Positions 10,564 through 21,113 are shown, counted from the stretch's first letter. The stretch is 64,000 nt of DNA from Acidimicrobiales bacterium (GCA_038231795.1 JBBRKR010000013.1:20164-84163), one strand, 5' to 3'. Made by a program: numbers and translations. The notes: generated by a model not told the origin, from the sequence alone.

Positions 10564-10572
10564 GATTGCAGG

Positions 10573-11385
10573 CTAGCCGTGTACCTGCGACGCACTCGGT
10601 AAAATACTGCGCAGTTCACGCACGCTGGCACTCCTGTCGGGCGAACGCACCAAAGTTTCGCCAACTAGAACGGCGTGGTAGCCCGATACATGGAGCTGGC
10701 GAGCATCGTCACCGTCACGTATACCCGACTCGGCCACCTTCACACAATGGGCAGGAATCATGGCCGCCATGCGGTTGGCCCGGGCATGATCAACTTCGAA
10801 AGTAACAAGATCCCGCTGGTTGACGCCCACCAACGTGGCCCCCACCACCATCGCTCGTTCGAGCTCCGCCTCGTCGTGTATTTCGAAAAGGGCATCGAGA
10901 CCGATCTCATTGGCAATGTCCGAGAACATCGCTAGCTCATCATCGGAGAGGGCAGCCACAATGAGTAGTACGCAGTCAGCACCCATGAGGCGGGCATCGC
11001 ACACGTCATTGACGCTCACTGTGAAATCTTTGCGAATAGCGGGCATCGAGCACGCCGACCGAGCTGTTTGTAGATCCCGCACCGACCCACCAAAAAAATC
11101 CACGTCCGTCAAGACACTCAGGCACGCGGCACCACCTGCCTCATAACTTTGCGCCAATTCCACAGGATCAAGGTCAGCGACTAACAGCCCTTTGGATGGC
11201 GATCGACGCTTGATCTCGGCAATTACCGCCAACTCGCCCGCCGCTGCCCTTCGGCGTACGGCATCGGCAAAGCCTCTCGCTGGTGCCATCGTTTCGCATT
11301 GCGCGATCAGGTCAAGCGATCGACGGGAGTCTGCCCTCGCTACGGCGCGATGTGCGTCCAGGATGCGGTCGAGATACGTGGCCAG
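10573..11385 (-). CDS. trpC: Indole-3-glycerol-phosphate synthase (probable CTG start)
   Basis: IAEIKRRSPSKG, LSVLTD, RKDF, GVNQRDL and AESGI. The conserved N-terminus ATYLDRIL lies upstream of the first ATG (11289) and begins at CTG 11385. Confidence 0.93.
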   Translation of the reverse strand: MATYLDRILDAHRAVARADSRRSLDLIAQCETMAPARGFADAVRRRAAAGELAVIAEIKRRSPSKGLLVADLDPVELAQSYEAGGAACLSVLTDVDFFGGSVRDLQTARSACSMPAIRKDFTVSVNDVCDARLMGADCVLLIVAALSDDELAMFSDIANEIGLDALFEIHDEAELERAMVVGATLVGVNQRDLVTFEVDHARANRMAAMIPAHCVKVAESGIRDGDDARQLHVSGYHAVLVGETLVRSPDRSASVRELRSILPSASQVHG

Positions 11386-11394
11386 GATGCGTTC

Positions 11395-11700
11395 CTACAT
11401 ACCCTTGCCGCGAATTGGTGTGCACATGATGAGTTCTGGACGGCCTGCCAAGAAACCCATCATGGCGGGACCAGCGGCCTTCATCACAGCGCTTCCCGCG
11501 TGGGTTGCGAGGGCATCGGAATTTTCGTAAATTTCATACATCCATAACACATTGCTGTCACCATTGTCGGCGTGCAATGTGTAATGGAGCGTTCCCGCCT
11601 CACTAGCGGTTTGATCAATCAGGGCGGTGAGGGCTTCGGCGAGTTCATCACGCTTGCCTTCCGCAGCAACCAGTTTGGCCAGGACAGATACTTTCGACAT
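11395..11700 (-). CDS. Antibiotic-biosynthesis-monooxygenase (ABM) family protein, putative quinol monooxygenase
   Basis: About 100 aa with EAGTLHYTLH...WMYEIYENSDALATH. TAAGGT lies 7 nt before ATG 11700. Confidence 0.85.
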   Translation of the reverse strand: MSKVSVLAKLVAAEGKRDELAEALTALIDQTASEAGTLHYTLHADNGDSNVLWMYEIYENSDALATHAGSAVMKAAGPAMMGFLAGRPELIMCTPIRGKGM

Positions 11701-11756
11701 GTCGCTGACCTTAGTACCCCCATACGACGATCGCGTGCGTCGAAGGAGCAACACTC

Positions 11757-12446
11757 GTGAGTGAATCAGTCACAATTGTGGTTGTCGAAGACGACCCCGC
11801 CATTGCCGATCTTCTGGACATGTATCTCCGGCAGGCTGGTTACCGAGTTATCCAGGCGCCGACCGGCGAACGTGGCCTACAGGCGGTCAAAGATCATCTC
11901 CCCAAATTGGTCATTTTGGACGTTGGACTACCGGGAGATCTCAACGGCTTTGACGTGTGCCGGACACTGAGAAACCAACCACACACAGCCGAATTGCCGA
12001 TCATGATGTTGACTGCCCGCGACGACGAAATCGACCGTGTGTTGGGCCTCGAATTGGGGGCCGACGACTATGTGACGAAACCGTTTTCGACTCGAGAAGT
12101 AGTCGCTCGCGTGAAGGGAATTTTGCGCCGAGCACACGGACCGCAGCCCACTGCCGCCCAACCAGTCATGCGTTTCGCCAATGTCGAAGTCGACTTTCAA
12201 CGCCGTCAAGCGAGGGTAGATGATACCAACGTGGCGTTGGCCACTCGCGAGTTCGACCTGTTGGCATTTCTGTGCGACAACAAAGGTTTGGCACTTACAC
12301 GTCAACAACTTTTGGATGGCGTGTGGGGGCCCGATTGGTACGGCGATGATCGAACCGTCGATGTCCACGTGCGCCAGTTACGCAAGAAATTAGGAGATGC
12401 CCTCCCGCTCGACACAGTATGGGGTGTGGGGTATCGCCTGGGATGA
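11757..12446 (+). CDS. OmpR-family response regulator
   Basis: VEDD, LDVGLP, LTAR, GADDYVTKPF and RTVDVHVRQLRKKL. AAGGAG Shine-Dalgarno upstream. Confidence 0.96.
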   Translation: MSESVTIVVVEDDPAIADLLDMYLRQAGYRVIQAPTGERGLQAVKDHLPKLVILDVGLPGDLNGFDVCRTLRNQPHTAELPIMMLTARDDEIDRVLGLELGADDYVTKPFSTREVVARVKGILRRAHGPQPTAAQPVMRFANVEVDFQRRQARVDDTNVALATREFDLLAFLCDNKGLALTRQQLLDGVWGPDWYGDDRTVDVHVRQLRKKLGDALPLDTVWGVGYRLG

Positions 12447-13813
12447 GACGACAGCTACTGATCACAATTGTGGGCACCGCCATCGCGGCATTGGTATTGG
12501 CCGGAGCCAGCACGTTGATATTGACAAGGCTCACTGCCCGAAAGGCCAACGAACGCGATGTGCGGGCTCAAGCAGTCAGCATGGCGGCCGGAATAGCATC
12601 GCTGCAGGATCGTCAGGAATTGGTGTTCATCAACGTGATGCGCCGGTCAGTCAACGCCGATGGGCTCGACATCTTGGAGGTCACTGCCGCTGGAATCAAG
12701 GGCAACGTTCCCAACGGCATAAGACTTCCCGCAAAAGCCGCCGCAGAATTTCGCCGGGGACTAGTGATTTCGGGCTCAAACTCGGCGGTTGCCTACGCGG
12801 CGGTCCCAATTCTGCGATCGACTGGCACATCGGTGCTGATTCTTTCCCGTCGTATCAATTTGGGCCTGGGAAAATCTGTTCAGTGGTTTCTGTTTTCGAG
12901 CCTGATCACGTTGGGGGTGGCCTCAATCTTGTCGGTGGCCATCTCAAAACGACTGAGTCGGCCCATCGCCGAAGCCGGGCGAGTTGCCAAGGCCATCGCC
13001 AGCGGAGATTTATCAGCACGTGTGCAGGACGACGGCGAACACCGGTCTCACGAGCTTCACGATTTGGCGACTTCTGTGGACCAAATGGCAGATTCCCTCG
13101 AACGATCCAGAGTGCTCGAACAGCAATTCTTGATGTCTGTGTCACACGATTTACGCACACCACTCACATCTATTCGCGGCTACGCCGACGCCATTATCGA
13201 TGGTGCCGCCACCGACCCCGTGGCAGCGGCGACTGTGATAGCGACGTCGGCCGATCGGCTCGATCGGTTAGTACGCGATTTGCTCGATCTAGCGAAATTG
13301 GATGCTCGCCGATTCACCATGAAGCTGGGGTCGATTGACGTCGTTGCCGTTGCCCGCTCCGCCACAAATGCGTTGGCTCCCACCGCTGCACAGGCCAACA
13401 TCAACCTGGTTTTGCAATTGGCACCAACCACTGTCGAGGCGTTTGCCACCGCCGACCGAGATCGTCTGGCGCAAAGCCTCGCCAACCTGATCGAAAACGC
13501 CATGAAGTTCGCATCCACCACCGTGATCGTGGCGGTGTGGCCAAAGCCGTTCGGGGTAGCCATCACTGTCGACGACGATGGTCCAGGTATTGCCCTCGCG
13601 GACCTCCCCCTCGTTTTCGAGCGGCTCTATGTCGCTGACCGCACACCCACCCGCACCGAAAACGGTTCCGGGCTTGGGCTAGCAATCGTGAAAGAGCTTG
13701 CTGAGGCTATGGGCGGGTCAGTGACCGCCGAAGCTGGCCCACTAGGAGGAGCTCGGATGACAATCCGACTGGCTCAACCTCCAGCGCTCGCCGAGGGCAC
13801 TGTGGCCGTCTAG
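12443..13813 (+). CDS. HAMP-domain sensor histidine kinase
   Basis: Two TM helices, SHDLRTPLT H-box, NLIENA, DDGPGI and GSGLGL. ATGA overlap with the regulator. Confidence 0.95.
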   Translation: MRRQLLITIVGTAIAALVLAGASTLILTRLTARKANERDVRAQAVSMAAGIASLQDRQELVFINVMRRSVNADGLDILEVTAAGIKGNVPNGIRLPAKAAAEFRRGLVISGSNSAVAYAAVPILRSTGTSVLILSRRINLGLGKSVQWFLFSSLITLGVASILSVAISKRLSRPIAEAGRVAKAIASGDLSARVQDDGEHRSHELHDLATSVDQMADSLERSRVLEQQFLMSVSHDLRTPLTSIRGYADAIIDGAATDPVAAATVIATSADRLDRLVRDLLDLAKLDARRFTMKLGSIDVVAVARSATNALAPTAAQANINLVLQLAPTTVEAFATADRDRLAQSLANLIENAMKFASTTVIVAVWPKPFGVAITVDDDGPGIALADLPLVFERLYVADRTPTRTENGSGLGLAIVKELAEAMGGSVTAEAGPLGGARMTIRLAQPPALAEGTVAV

Positions 13814-14514
13814 CGGTCGAATGCCTCGATGCGAACTGTAACTGCCCCGCACAAAACGTCTCCGGGCACCTCGGCGCTGCGATGCACATATGCCATGCCG
13901 ACAGTGCCGTCCGCTGATGAAATCACGCCCACAACCTTGCCGCCTGATGCTAACTCAGCCCCGGCCACAAACTCCGTCGACGCCGTATTCGCAGTCAACT
14001 TTCGCAAGTGTCTTGGCACGTTGCCGCCGCGAGAATCGACTCGGGCGACGAGCTCTTGGCCGGTGTAGCAACCTTTGGAGAAACTGACCGCCATGTCGAT
14101 GAGGCCCGTCTCACCAGGGATCACAGAATCATTCAACTCGACGCCCATGGCTGGCCAGCCGGCCACTATTCGGTTGGCCTCAGCCTCCGGCGACCACTTC
14201 TCACCTCTCGACTCCACTGCCACATCGGCCTTGATACGAATCTTGAAACGGTTGATGCGGGCCGCCAAAATATCGGCGTAACCGGCGTCAATATCGCAGG
14301 CCACAGAATCGTCGGCAACGCGAGTAACCACCATCACGGCGCACACTTTGCCGTTCGGCTCCAAGATAAATGACCACGCCGAAGCACCAACGACAAGCTT
14401 GGCGATGTCTTGCGAAACCTGGCCCTGAAGAAATGAAATAGCGTCGGGCCCAGTGACGACAACCCGGTCATTTGTCCAACCTTCAAACGGCGTGAGATTG
14501 GCAGCGGCGCTCAT
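13810..14514 (-). CDS. YgfZ/GcvT-family folate-binding protein (short form)
   Basis: GPDAISFLQGQVSQD and the KGCYTGQE signature. ATG overlaps the trpE stop. Confidence 0.9.
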   Translation of the reverse strand: MSAAANLTPFEGWTNDRVVVTGPDAISFLQGQVSQDIAKLVVGASAWSFILEPNGKVCAVMVVTRVADDSVACDIDAGYADILAARINRFKIRIKADVAVESRGEKWSPEAEANRIVAGWPAMGVELNDSVIPGETGLIDMAVSFSKGCYTGQELVARVDSRGGNVPRHLRKLTANTASTEFVAGAELASGGKVVGVISSADGTVGMAYVHRSAEVPGDVLCGAVTVRIEAFDR

Positions 14515-16025
14515 ACGAGACCCGCTGTTCTCTGAGCTGTCATGCGTCGAGCTGCAGGAACCGCCGCCAACAGGGCGGCTGCTTTGCGTTGGCATTCATC
14601 GTCTTCGGCTATGGCGTCGCTGTCGTACACGATGCCCGCTCCCGCTTGCACAGAGGCGTGATTTCCGCGCACCACCATGGTGCGAATGGCGATGGCCGTA
14701 TCTACGTTGCCCGAAAAATCGAGGTATCCCACCACACCAGCATACGGTCCGCGCTTGGTCGGTTCGAGGCTGTCAATGATCTCCATGGCCCGTACCTTAG
14801 GAGCTCCAGAAACGGTGCCAGCAGGCAGCGTGGCCCGAAGCACGTCGACGGGTGTCTTGCCCGGTTTGAGATCCCCAGACACCTGTGACGTGAGATGCAT
14901 CACATGGCTGTATCGCTCAAGCGTCATCATTTCATCGACGTGTTCCGTGCCAAAAGACACCACTCGCCCCACGTCATTGCGGGCTAGATCCACCAGCATC
15001 ACATGCTCTGCAATTTCCTTTGGATGTTCGCGCAGTTCGCCGGCCAGGCGACGATCGTCTTCGTCAGTGAGGCCCCTGCGGCGAGTGCCAGCAATGGGAC
15101 GGGAAATCACGCGTCCGTTCAGCAGCTGCACCATTGGCTCTGGCGAGGAGCCCACCAATGTCACCTCGTCGTTGCGTACAAAATACATGTACGGACTGGG
15201 ATTGACTTGGCGCAACGACCGGTACACGTCGAGCGGATCGGCATCCAGATCGAAGTCGAAACGCTGCGAAAGCACCACCTGAAAAATGTCGCCGGCGCGG
15301 ATGTGTTCCTTGGCCACCTCGACGGCATCACAGTACCCAGCGGTACCCATCGACGATCGGACCTCTGGTCGCTCCCCTGCCACCGGCGGCTCAACAGGCT
15401 GATAGGGCAAGGGTTTGCCGAGGGCAGCCAATTGGATCGAGATGCGACGGATCGCTTCGTCGTAGAGGCCTTGAAGGTCGGCACGCGTGGCGTCGGCAGG
15501 AATGACTGTGGACTCGATCAGATACACGCGCTGACGCCAGTGGTCAAACGCCGCCAAGCTGCCAATGATCGACAAAATCCCATCAGGGGTGCCGTGATCG
15601 TCGAACGGGATATCAGGAAGATTTTCGACTTCTCGAACGATGTCGTAACCCAAGTAGCCGGCGACCCCACCTTGCAAAGGCGGCAGGTCGGGAAGCGTTG
15701 GGGCTCTGTACAGGCGCAACAGCTCCTCAATGGCAGCCAACGCTCCCCGATCGAGAGGTACCGACGCAGGCACGTCGCCAGTGGCCGTGAGCTGACCATT
15801 GCGGCTCACAAGCATGCCCCTCGGCGAACCACCGACGAAAGAGTACCGGCTCCACCGTTCGCCGTGTTCGACGGATTCAAACAGGAAGCCAGGAGCATCG
15901 CCTACCAGCTTCGCGAACGCCGAAACCGGCGTCTCTAAATCAGCCAACGCCTCTGACCAGATAGGGACAACGGTGAACGATTCCGCCAACGTGACGAATT
16001 CGTCAAATGACGGCTTGACGATCAT
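14511..16025 (-). CDS. trpE: Anthranilate synthase component I
   Basis: [34 protein letters not shown] and [13 protein letters not shown] overlaps the hisI stop. Confidence 0.97.
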   Translation of the reverse strand: MIVKPSFDEFVTLAESFTVVPIWSEALADLETPVSAFAKLVGDAPGFLFESVEHGERWSRYSFVGGSPRGMLVSRNGQLTATGDVPASVPLDRGALAAIEELLRLYRAPTLPDLPPLQGGVAGYLGYDIVREVENLPDIPFDDHGTPDGILSIIGSLAAFDHWRQRVYLIESTVIPADATRADLQGLYDEAIRRISIQLAALGKPLPYQPVEPPVAGERPEVRSSMGTAGYCDAVEVAKEHIRAGDIFQVVLSQRFDFDLDADPLDVYRSLRQVNPSPYMYFVRNDEVTLVGSSPEPMVQLLNGRVISRPIAGTRRRGLTDEDDRRLAGELREHPKEIAEHVMLVDLARNDVGRVVSFGTEHVDEMMTLERYSHVMHLTSQVSGDLKPGKTPVDVLRATLPAGTVSGAPKVRAMEIIDSLEPTKRGPYAGVVGYLDFSGNVDTAIAIRTMVVRGNHASVQAGAGIVYDSDAIAEDDECQRKAAALLAAVPAARRMTAQRTAGLV

Positions 16026-16381
16026 TGGCTGGTCCCAAACTGTCGATAGAAACATGAGCGTTCACCGGTGTGACACGCCCCTGCGCCCTCTTGAAAAACC
16101 CGAAACAACAAGGTGTCACCGTCGCAGTCGTAGCTCGCCGACCGGATGTATTGACGGTCCCCCGACGTATCGCCTTTTCGCCACACTTCGCTACGACTCC
16201 GGCTCCAAAACACGGTGCGACCTTCGGCCAAACTCATCGCCAACGTCTCGGCATTCATCCACGCCATCATGAGTACCTGTCCATCGTCGTCGTCTTGCAC
16301 GATGGCCGGCACCAGACCATGAGCATCAAATCGCACAGACGCAAGTTGATCGTCGGTGGCGGCAATGGGGGTGGTGAACAT
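16022..16381 (-). CDS. hisI: Phosphoribosyl-AMP cyclohydrolase
   Basis: [18 protein letters not shown] and [10 protein letters not shown]. Confidence 0.97.
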   Translation of the reverse strand: MFTTPIAATDDQLASVRFDAHGLVPAIVQDDDDGQVLMMAWMNAETLAMSLAEGRTVFWSRSRSEVWRKGDTSGDRQYIRSASYDCDGDTLLFRVFQEGAGACHTGERSCFYRQFGTSQ

Positions 16382-16396
16382 CTCGAAATCCTACGG

Positions 16397-16762
16397 CTAC
16401 AGGTACAGCCCGGTGCTGCCCATTTCGAGGCGGGGGGCGGCAACGGCGTGAATGTCGCGTTCACGAAGAATGATGTAATCGTCGCCGCGCACCTCTACCT
16501 CGTAGCGATCCTCCGGGTTAAACAGCACTTGATCACCGGTTTCGATTGACCGTACGTTGCTACCGACTGACACCACTGTGGCCCACACCAGACGCTTAGA
16601 AATTTGGGCAGTGGCGGGAATCAGAATGCCACCCGTCGTGCGCCGCTCGCCTTCCTTGTCGGGGATGTGTACCAGAATGCGGTCGTTGAGCATCTTGATG
16701 GGCAACTTCCCGTCGCCAGAATCAGGGCCAGATTTGCGGAAGTCATTTGCCAAGTCAGTCAC
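16397..16762 (-). CDS. Stand-alone GroES-family co-chaperonin
   Basis: LNDRILV, mobile loop ERRTTGGILIP and YIILRERDIHAV. No groEL in the window. Confidence 0.88.
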   Translation of the reverse strand: MTDLANDFRKSGPDSGDGKLPIKMLNDRILVHIPDKEGERRTTGGILIPATAQISKRLVWATVVSVGSNVRSIETGDQVLFNPEDRYEVEVRGDDYIILRERDIHAVAAPRLEMGSTGLYL

Positions 16763-16792
16763 CCGCTCAGGTTACGTGACACCGGCAAAAAA

Positions 16793-17302
16793 CTAGCCGT
16801 CGATGACCAGTTGGAATGACGCGTAGTGGTCGCCTGTGTAATACAGCTCGCCGTTTTTTCCGGCAATGATTCGCCGGGCACCGCGATCTTTGGAGCCAGG
16901 CGTCACCACGGTGAACTCGTGGTAGTAGCCACTCCTTTGTTTTGGCAGCAGCCCATCAAAGTTAGAGAACACAACGCCGTCGCGGGAGTACGGAAAGGGG
17001 CCATTGGAGGTAATGAGGTCAAGGGTGTGGCGAGCCTCGGAAGGCAGTTTGGCCGCCGTTACCTCGCCTGTCGATGAATTGTTCGCAGGCTTCTTTGTGG
17101 TCGATGACGAGTTTCTCGAGGTGGTTCTGCCTGGTTTAGTGCTACCCGTACTCTTTGTCGAAACTCTGGTGGTCGTTGTGCCCGCTGGCTTGGATGACGT
17201 CGACTTGTTGGCGCCGCTGCCGGAGCGCAAGACCAACGCCACCACCACCATGGCGATGACAACAAGCGCGATGCCTCCGTAGTACCTGATCGATTTCGTC
17301 AC
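16793..17302 (-). CDS. Exported or membrane-anchored guanyl-specific ribonuclease (RNase Sa/barnase family)
   Basis: [26 protein letters not shown] and YYTGDHY. N-terminal hydrophobic helix followed by a Ser/Thr-rich linker. Confidence 0.92.
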   Translation of the reverse strand: MTKSIRYYGGIALVVIAMVVVALVLRSGSGANKSTSSKPAGTTTTRVSTKSTGSTKPGRTTSRNSSSTTKKPANNSSTGEVTAAKLPSEARHTLDLITSNGPFPYSRDGVVFSNFDGLLPKQRSGYYHEFTVVTPGSKDRGARRIIAGKNGELYYTGDHYASFQLVIDG

Positions 17303-18075
17303 GCCGGTCGCACCATCAACCCTGCATCGGCGATTGCCTGTTTGGCGTCAGCAATGGTGTATTCGCCGAAGTGAAAAATCGAGGCAGCCAACACGGCATC
17401 AGCGTGCCCGAGGGTGATGCCGTCGACCAAGTGGCCCAACGTCCCCACGCCACCAGATGCGATCACGGGCACATTTACAGCGGAGGCGACGGCGCTGGTG
17501 AGTTCCAGATCGAAGCCGTCTTTTGTACCGTCGCGATCCATTGACGTGAGCAGTATCTCGCCCGCCCCTAACGCCGCAGCCTGGGTGACCCAAGCGAGCA
17601 CGTCGATGCCCGTCGGAGTGCGGCCGCCGTTCAGGTACACCTCCCACTGCGGTGGCGTTCCTGCCGCAACGGAGATGCGTTTGGCATCGACGGCACACAC
17701 CACGCATTGGTTGCCGAACTCGGCAGCGATGTCGCTGATGAGTTCCGGACGTAACACCGCAGCGGTGTTTACGCTCACCTTGTCGGCACCTGCCCGCAAC
17801 ATTGTTCTGGCATCTTCCACGGTGCGGATTCCGCCGCCGACCGTGAATGGAATGAACATTTGTTCCGCACATCGGCGGACCATATCGACCATGGTGTCGC
17901 GACCGTCACTCGACGCCGTGATATCCAGAAAAATCAGCTCGTCAGCACCTTCGGCGTCGTACTTCACCGCCAGTTCGACAGGGTCGCCAGCATCGCGCAA
18001 ACCCACAAAATTGGTGCCTTTCACCACACGACCATTGGTCACGTCGAGGCAGGGAATTACCCGAGCAACGCGCAT
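17299..18075 (-). CDS. hisF: Imidazole glycerol phosphate synthase cyclase subunit
   Basis: [26 protein letters not shown] and LAASIFH. Confidence 0.98.
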   Translation of the reverse strand: MRVARVIPCLDVTNGRVVKGTNFVGLRDAGDPVELAVKYDAEGADELIFLDITASSDGRDTMVDMVRRCAEQMFIPFTVGGGIRTVEDARTMLRAGADKVSVNTAAVLRPELISDIAAEFGNQCVVCAVDAKRISVAAGTPPQWEVYLNGGRTPTGIDVLAWVTQAAALGAGEILLTSMDRDGTKDGFDLELTSAVASAVNVPVIASGGVGTLGHLVDGITLGHADAVLAASIFHFGEYTIADAKQAIADAGLMVRPA

Positions 18076-18794
18076 GCCTGCACCCCTTGAACAACGGTGA
18101 ATCGACCTTCGTAAATGGCCTTGCCGGCAATCACTCCGCCGATTCGTCGACCAGATTCGTTGATGGCGCCCAACGTTGCGATGTCGTCAATAATGCTCAC
18201 TCCGCCGCTGGCGATGATGGGCACCTCGGTAGCGGCGACGGCAACTCGCAGACCTTCGACATCGGGACCAGTGAGCATGCCATCACGACCAATCTCGGTG
18301 ATCACGAACGCGGCGGCTGTTGGATACAAACTCAGCGCGTCGGTGAGCCGCAAACCAGAACCCTGCGTCCATCCGTGCACGGCAATTTCGCCGTCGCGAT
18401 GATCAAGGCCCACAGCCACATCCACCATGGCCGATGCGATCATCACGAGGCTTGGATCATTGACCGCAGCGGTTCCCATAACGACTCGACTCACTCCGGC
18501 ACGGCCTAGCGCTTCAGCGTCGGCGGGTGTGCGAACTCCCCCGCCGGTTTGCACCTTGGACAGACCACGCACGGCGGAACAAATGGCCGCCACCACGCTC
18601 CGGTTGACGGGATCTCCAGAACGTGCGGCATCGAGATCAACGACATGGATCCACACTGCACCCTGGGCAGCAAAATCGACGGCCATAGCCACAGGATCGG
18701 ATCCGTACACGGTCTCATCGGCGTAGTCGCCTTGCCGTAATCGCACGCATTGACCGCCCCGAATATCGATCGCCGGATAAAGGTCAATACTCAT
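18057..18794 (-). CDS. hisA: ProFAR isomerase
   Basis: [29 protein letters not shown] and IASGGV. Confidence 0.95.
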   Translation of the reverse strand: MSIDLYPAIDIRGGQCVRLRQGDYADETVYGSDPVAMAVDFAAQGAVWIHVVDLDAARSGDPVNRSVVAAICSAVRGLSKVQTGGGVRTPADAEALGRAGVSRVVMGTAAVNDPSLVMIASAMVDVAVGLDHRDGEIAVHGWTQGSGLRLTDALSLYPTAAAFVITEIGRDGMLTGPDVEGLRVAVAATEVPIIASGGVSIIDDIATLGAINESGRRIGGVIAGKAIYEGRFTVVQGVQACALLG

Positions 18795-19420
18795 CGACCG
18801 CTCGCTACTTCGGTGGTCCAGTTGTGCAAAATCTTCAGACCGGCAGCACCAGATTTTTCGGGATGAAACTGAGTGGCTATGACATTATTTTGCTGCACAG
18901 CGCACGTCACCGAAATGCCATATTCACAGCTGGCGATCGTGGCTGTCTCGACACTTGGCACGCAATGGTACGAATGTACGAGGTACACCCACGGCTGGTC
19001 ATCGAGTCCGTTGAAGAGGTAGCTGCCGGAATTGGTAGTCAAGCGATTCCACTGCATTTGCGGACGCTTCACAGTGGCTGGCAATAGTTCAACCTCACCG
19101 GCAATCACTCCCAAGCCAGGAACATTTGGTGACTCGGTTGATCGATCAAAAAGCATTTGCATTCCCACACATATCCCCAGGAACGGCACACCCGATTCCA
19201 CTACCTTGAGCACGACAGCATCAAGGCCATCGGCCCGCAACGCCATCATGCATGCACCGAAATTTCCGACCCCGGGCATCACGACACCATCAGCTGCCGC
19301 GATATCGGCAGCGTCACTAGTGAGGCGGGCATCGGCACCCACGCGCAATAGTGCCTTTTCGGCGCTGCGCAAATTGCCGATTCCGTAGTCGACAATGGCC
19401 AGCTTTACCGCACCACTCAC
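18791..19420 (-). CDS. hisH: IGP synthase glutaminase subunit
   Basis: DYGIGNLRS, PGVG, GICVGMQ and QFHPEKS. Confidence 0.97.
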   Translation of the reverse strand: MSGAVKLAIVDYGIGNLRSAEKALLRVGADARLTSDAADIAAADGVVMPGVGNFGACMMALRADGLDAVVLKVVESGVPFLGICVGMQMLFDRSTESPNVPGLGVIAGEVELLPATVKRPQMQWNRLTTNSGSYLFNGLDDQPWVYLVHSYHCVPSVETATIASCEYGISVTCAVQQNNVIATQFHPEKSGAAGLKILHNWTTEVASGR

Positions 19421-20019
19421 AGGCTGCCTTTGGTGCTCGGTATCGCAGTGCCTTCGACGCGCACGGCATCACGCAGGCACCGAGCGACGCCCTTAAACGA
19501 CGCCTCGATGATGTGGTGCACATTGCGCCCAGACTTCAATCGGACGTGCAGCGTGATTGCTGCAGCCGTGGCAAAACTTTGCCAAAAATGTTCAGCCAAT
19601 TGCGGGTCAAACGGAGGATTACCCAAAGGCAGCACTTCTGGCATGGGGACCTCGTGCACGCAAAATGGTCGACCAGAAAGATCAAGCGCAACTTCCACAA
19701 GAGCTTCGTCGAGGGGATACAGACCAGAGGCAAATCGACGTATGCCCGCTTTGTCGCCCAACGCTTCCCGGAACGCATCGCCAATCGCAATTGCGCAATC
19801 TTCAACGGTGTGGTGAGTGTCGACGGCCAAGTCGCCATCGCACGTCAGATCGATGTCGAAATTTCCGTGTTTAGCGAGCTGCGACAACATGTGGTCGAAG
19901 AACGGGATACCGGTGGCAATGTGGTGAGTACCTGATCCGTCGATAGCCAGAGTCAGAACAATCTTGGTCTCTTGGGTATCGCGAACGCGGGTCGCTTGAC
20001 GGGGTGTTGCAACGGTCAC
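19417..20019 (-). CDS. hisB: Imidazoleglycerol-phosphate dehydratase
   Basis: FFDHML, DTHHTVED and NVHHIIEA. Confidence 0.97.
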   Translation of the reverse strand: MTVATPRQATRVRDTQETKIVLTLAIDGSGTHHIATGIPFFDHMLSQLAKHGNFDIDLTCDGDLAVDTHHTVEDCAIAIGDAFREALGDKAGIRRFASGLYPLDEALVEVALDLSGRPFCVHEVPMPEVLPLGNPPFDPQLAEHFWQSFATAAAITLHVRLKSGRNVHHIIEASFKGVARCLRDAVRVEGTAIPSTKGSL

Positions 20020-21113
20020 AATGCCGCCTTTCCTTGATCTTGAGCGGCGCTCAGCACGTCAGCCAGCGCTCCTAAAAACTCTGTGTTCTCGCCATTGGTT
20101 CCGATTGTTACTCGCAGACAGCCCTCGAGTCCTGGCCAACTGGCGCAGTTGCGCACCAATATTCCTCGGTCGACCAGCGCCTGCCACACGGTGGCTCCTT
20201 GCTCGCCAAGGGGCCGAAACAAAACGAAATTTGCCCCCGATGGCCAGTGTTGCACGGGGAGGCACGCAAGCGCGGCGGCGACGCGTTCCCGTTCGGCTAC
20301 GAGCATTTCGACCCGATTGGCCATGGCGTCCTCGTAATCCAATGCCAGTTCGCCGGCGATCTGTTTCAAGGAGTCAAGGTGGTAGGGCAAAACCACTTTG
20401 TACAACACGTCCACTACGGCGGCGGGCCCCACAAGGTAACCAAGCCGCACGCCAGCCATTGACCACGTTTTGGAAAACGTGCGCACCACCACGAGCGGCA
20501 CATCGTCGGCGACGAGCTCCAGAGCGCTCCACGGCGCAAACTGGCCATACGCCTCATCAACCACCAACAGCCCGGGAACAGCCTTCAAAGCTGCCCTTAC
20601 GAATTCGGGAGACTCCACGCGGCCAGTGGGGTTATTCGGCGTACACAAGAATGCCAACGCAGGCGCGACGGTGCTCAGCGCTTCGATATACGACGCCTCA
20701 TTGGTGGCAAATTCGTCATCACGGGCAATCTCGTGCACTGTCATGCCAGCGATTCGACTGATGTGGCTGTGAAGGGCGTACGTGGGCTCGCTAGTGAGCG
20801 CTACCGCCCCAGGCCCGCCGTATGCCAGGCACAGCGTTTGCAGCACCTCGTTTGATCCGTTAGCTACAAAGACGTTCTCCGGCCCAACGCCGTGATGCGT
20901 TGCTATGCGGGTGCGCAGAGCTATGGCTGTGCGATCGGGATAGCGGTGGAACCGTTGTTGCCCAACGGCTTGAGCCAGTCGATCTTCCCATTCGGCGGGG
21001 GGAGGGAACGGCGACTCGTTGGTGTTGAGCCGAATGCGCACATCGAGCTGCGGCGAGTGGTAGCCCTCCATCATCGCCACCGATTGGCGGGGTGTGGGCA
21101 GCGGGCGTTTCAT
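20016..21113 (-). CDS. hisC: Histidinol-phosphate aminotransferase
   Basis: LNTNESP, RYPD, NGSNE, PNNPTG, DEAY and RTFSK. Confidence 0.97.
   Translation of the reverse strand: MKRPLPTPRQSVAMMEGYHSPQLDVRIRLNTNESPFPPPAEWEDRLAQAVGQQRFHRYPDRTAIALRTRIATHHGVGPENVFVANGSNEVLQTLCLAYGGPGAVALTSEPTYALHSHISRIAGMTVHEIARDDEFATNEASYIEALSTVAPALAFLCTPNNPTGRVESPEFVRAALKAVPGLLVVDEAYGQFAPWSALELVADDVPLVVVRTFSKTWSMAGVRLGYLVGPAAVVDVLYKVVLPYHLDSLKQIAGELALDYEDAMANRVEMLVAERERVAAALACLPVQHWPSGANFVLFRPLGEQGATVWQALVDRGILVRNCASWPGLEGCLRVTIGTNGENTEFLGALADVLSAAQDQGKAAL

Noticed and set aside
12397..13338. 313-aa alternative-frame ORF over the histidine kinase
   Set aside because: Arg/Ser/Gly-rich off-frame composition, while the kinase frame carries all the motifs.
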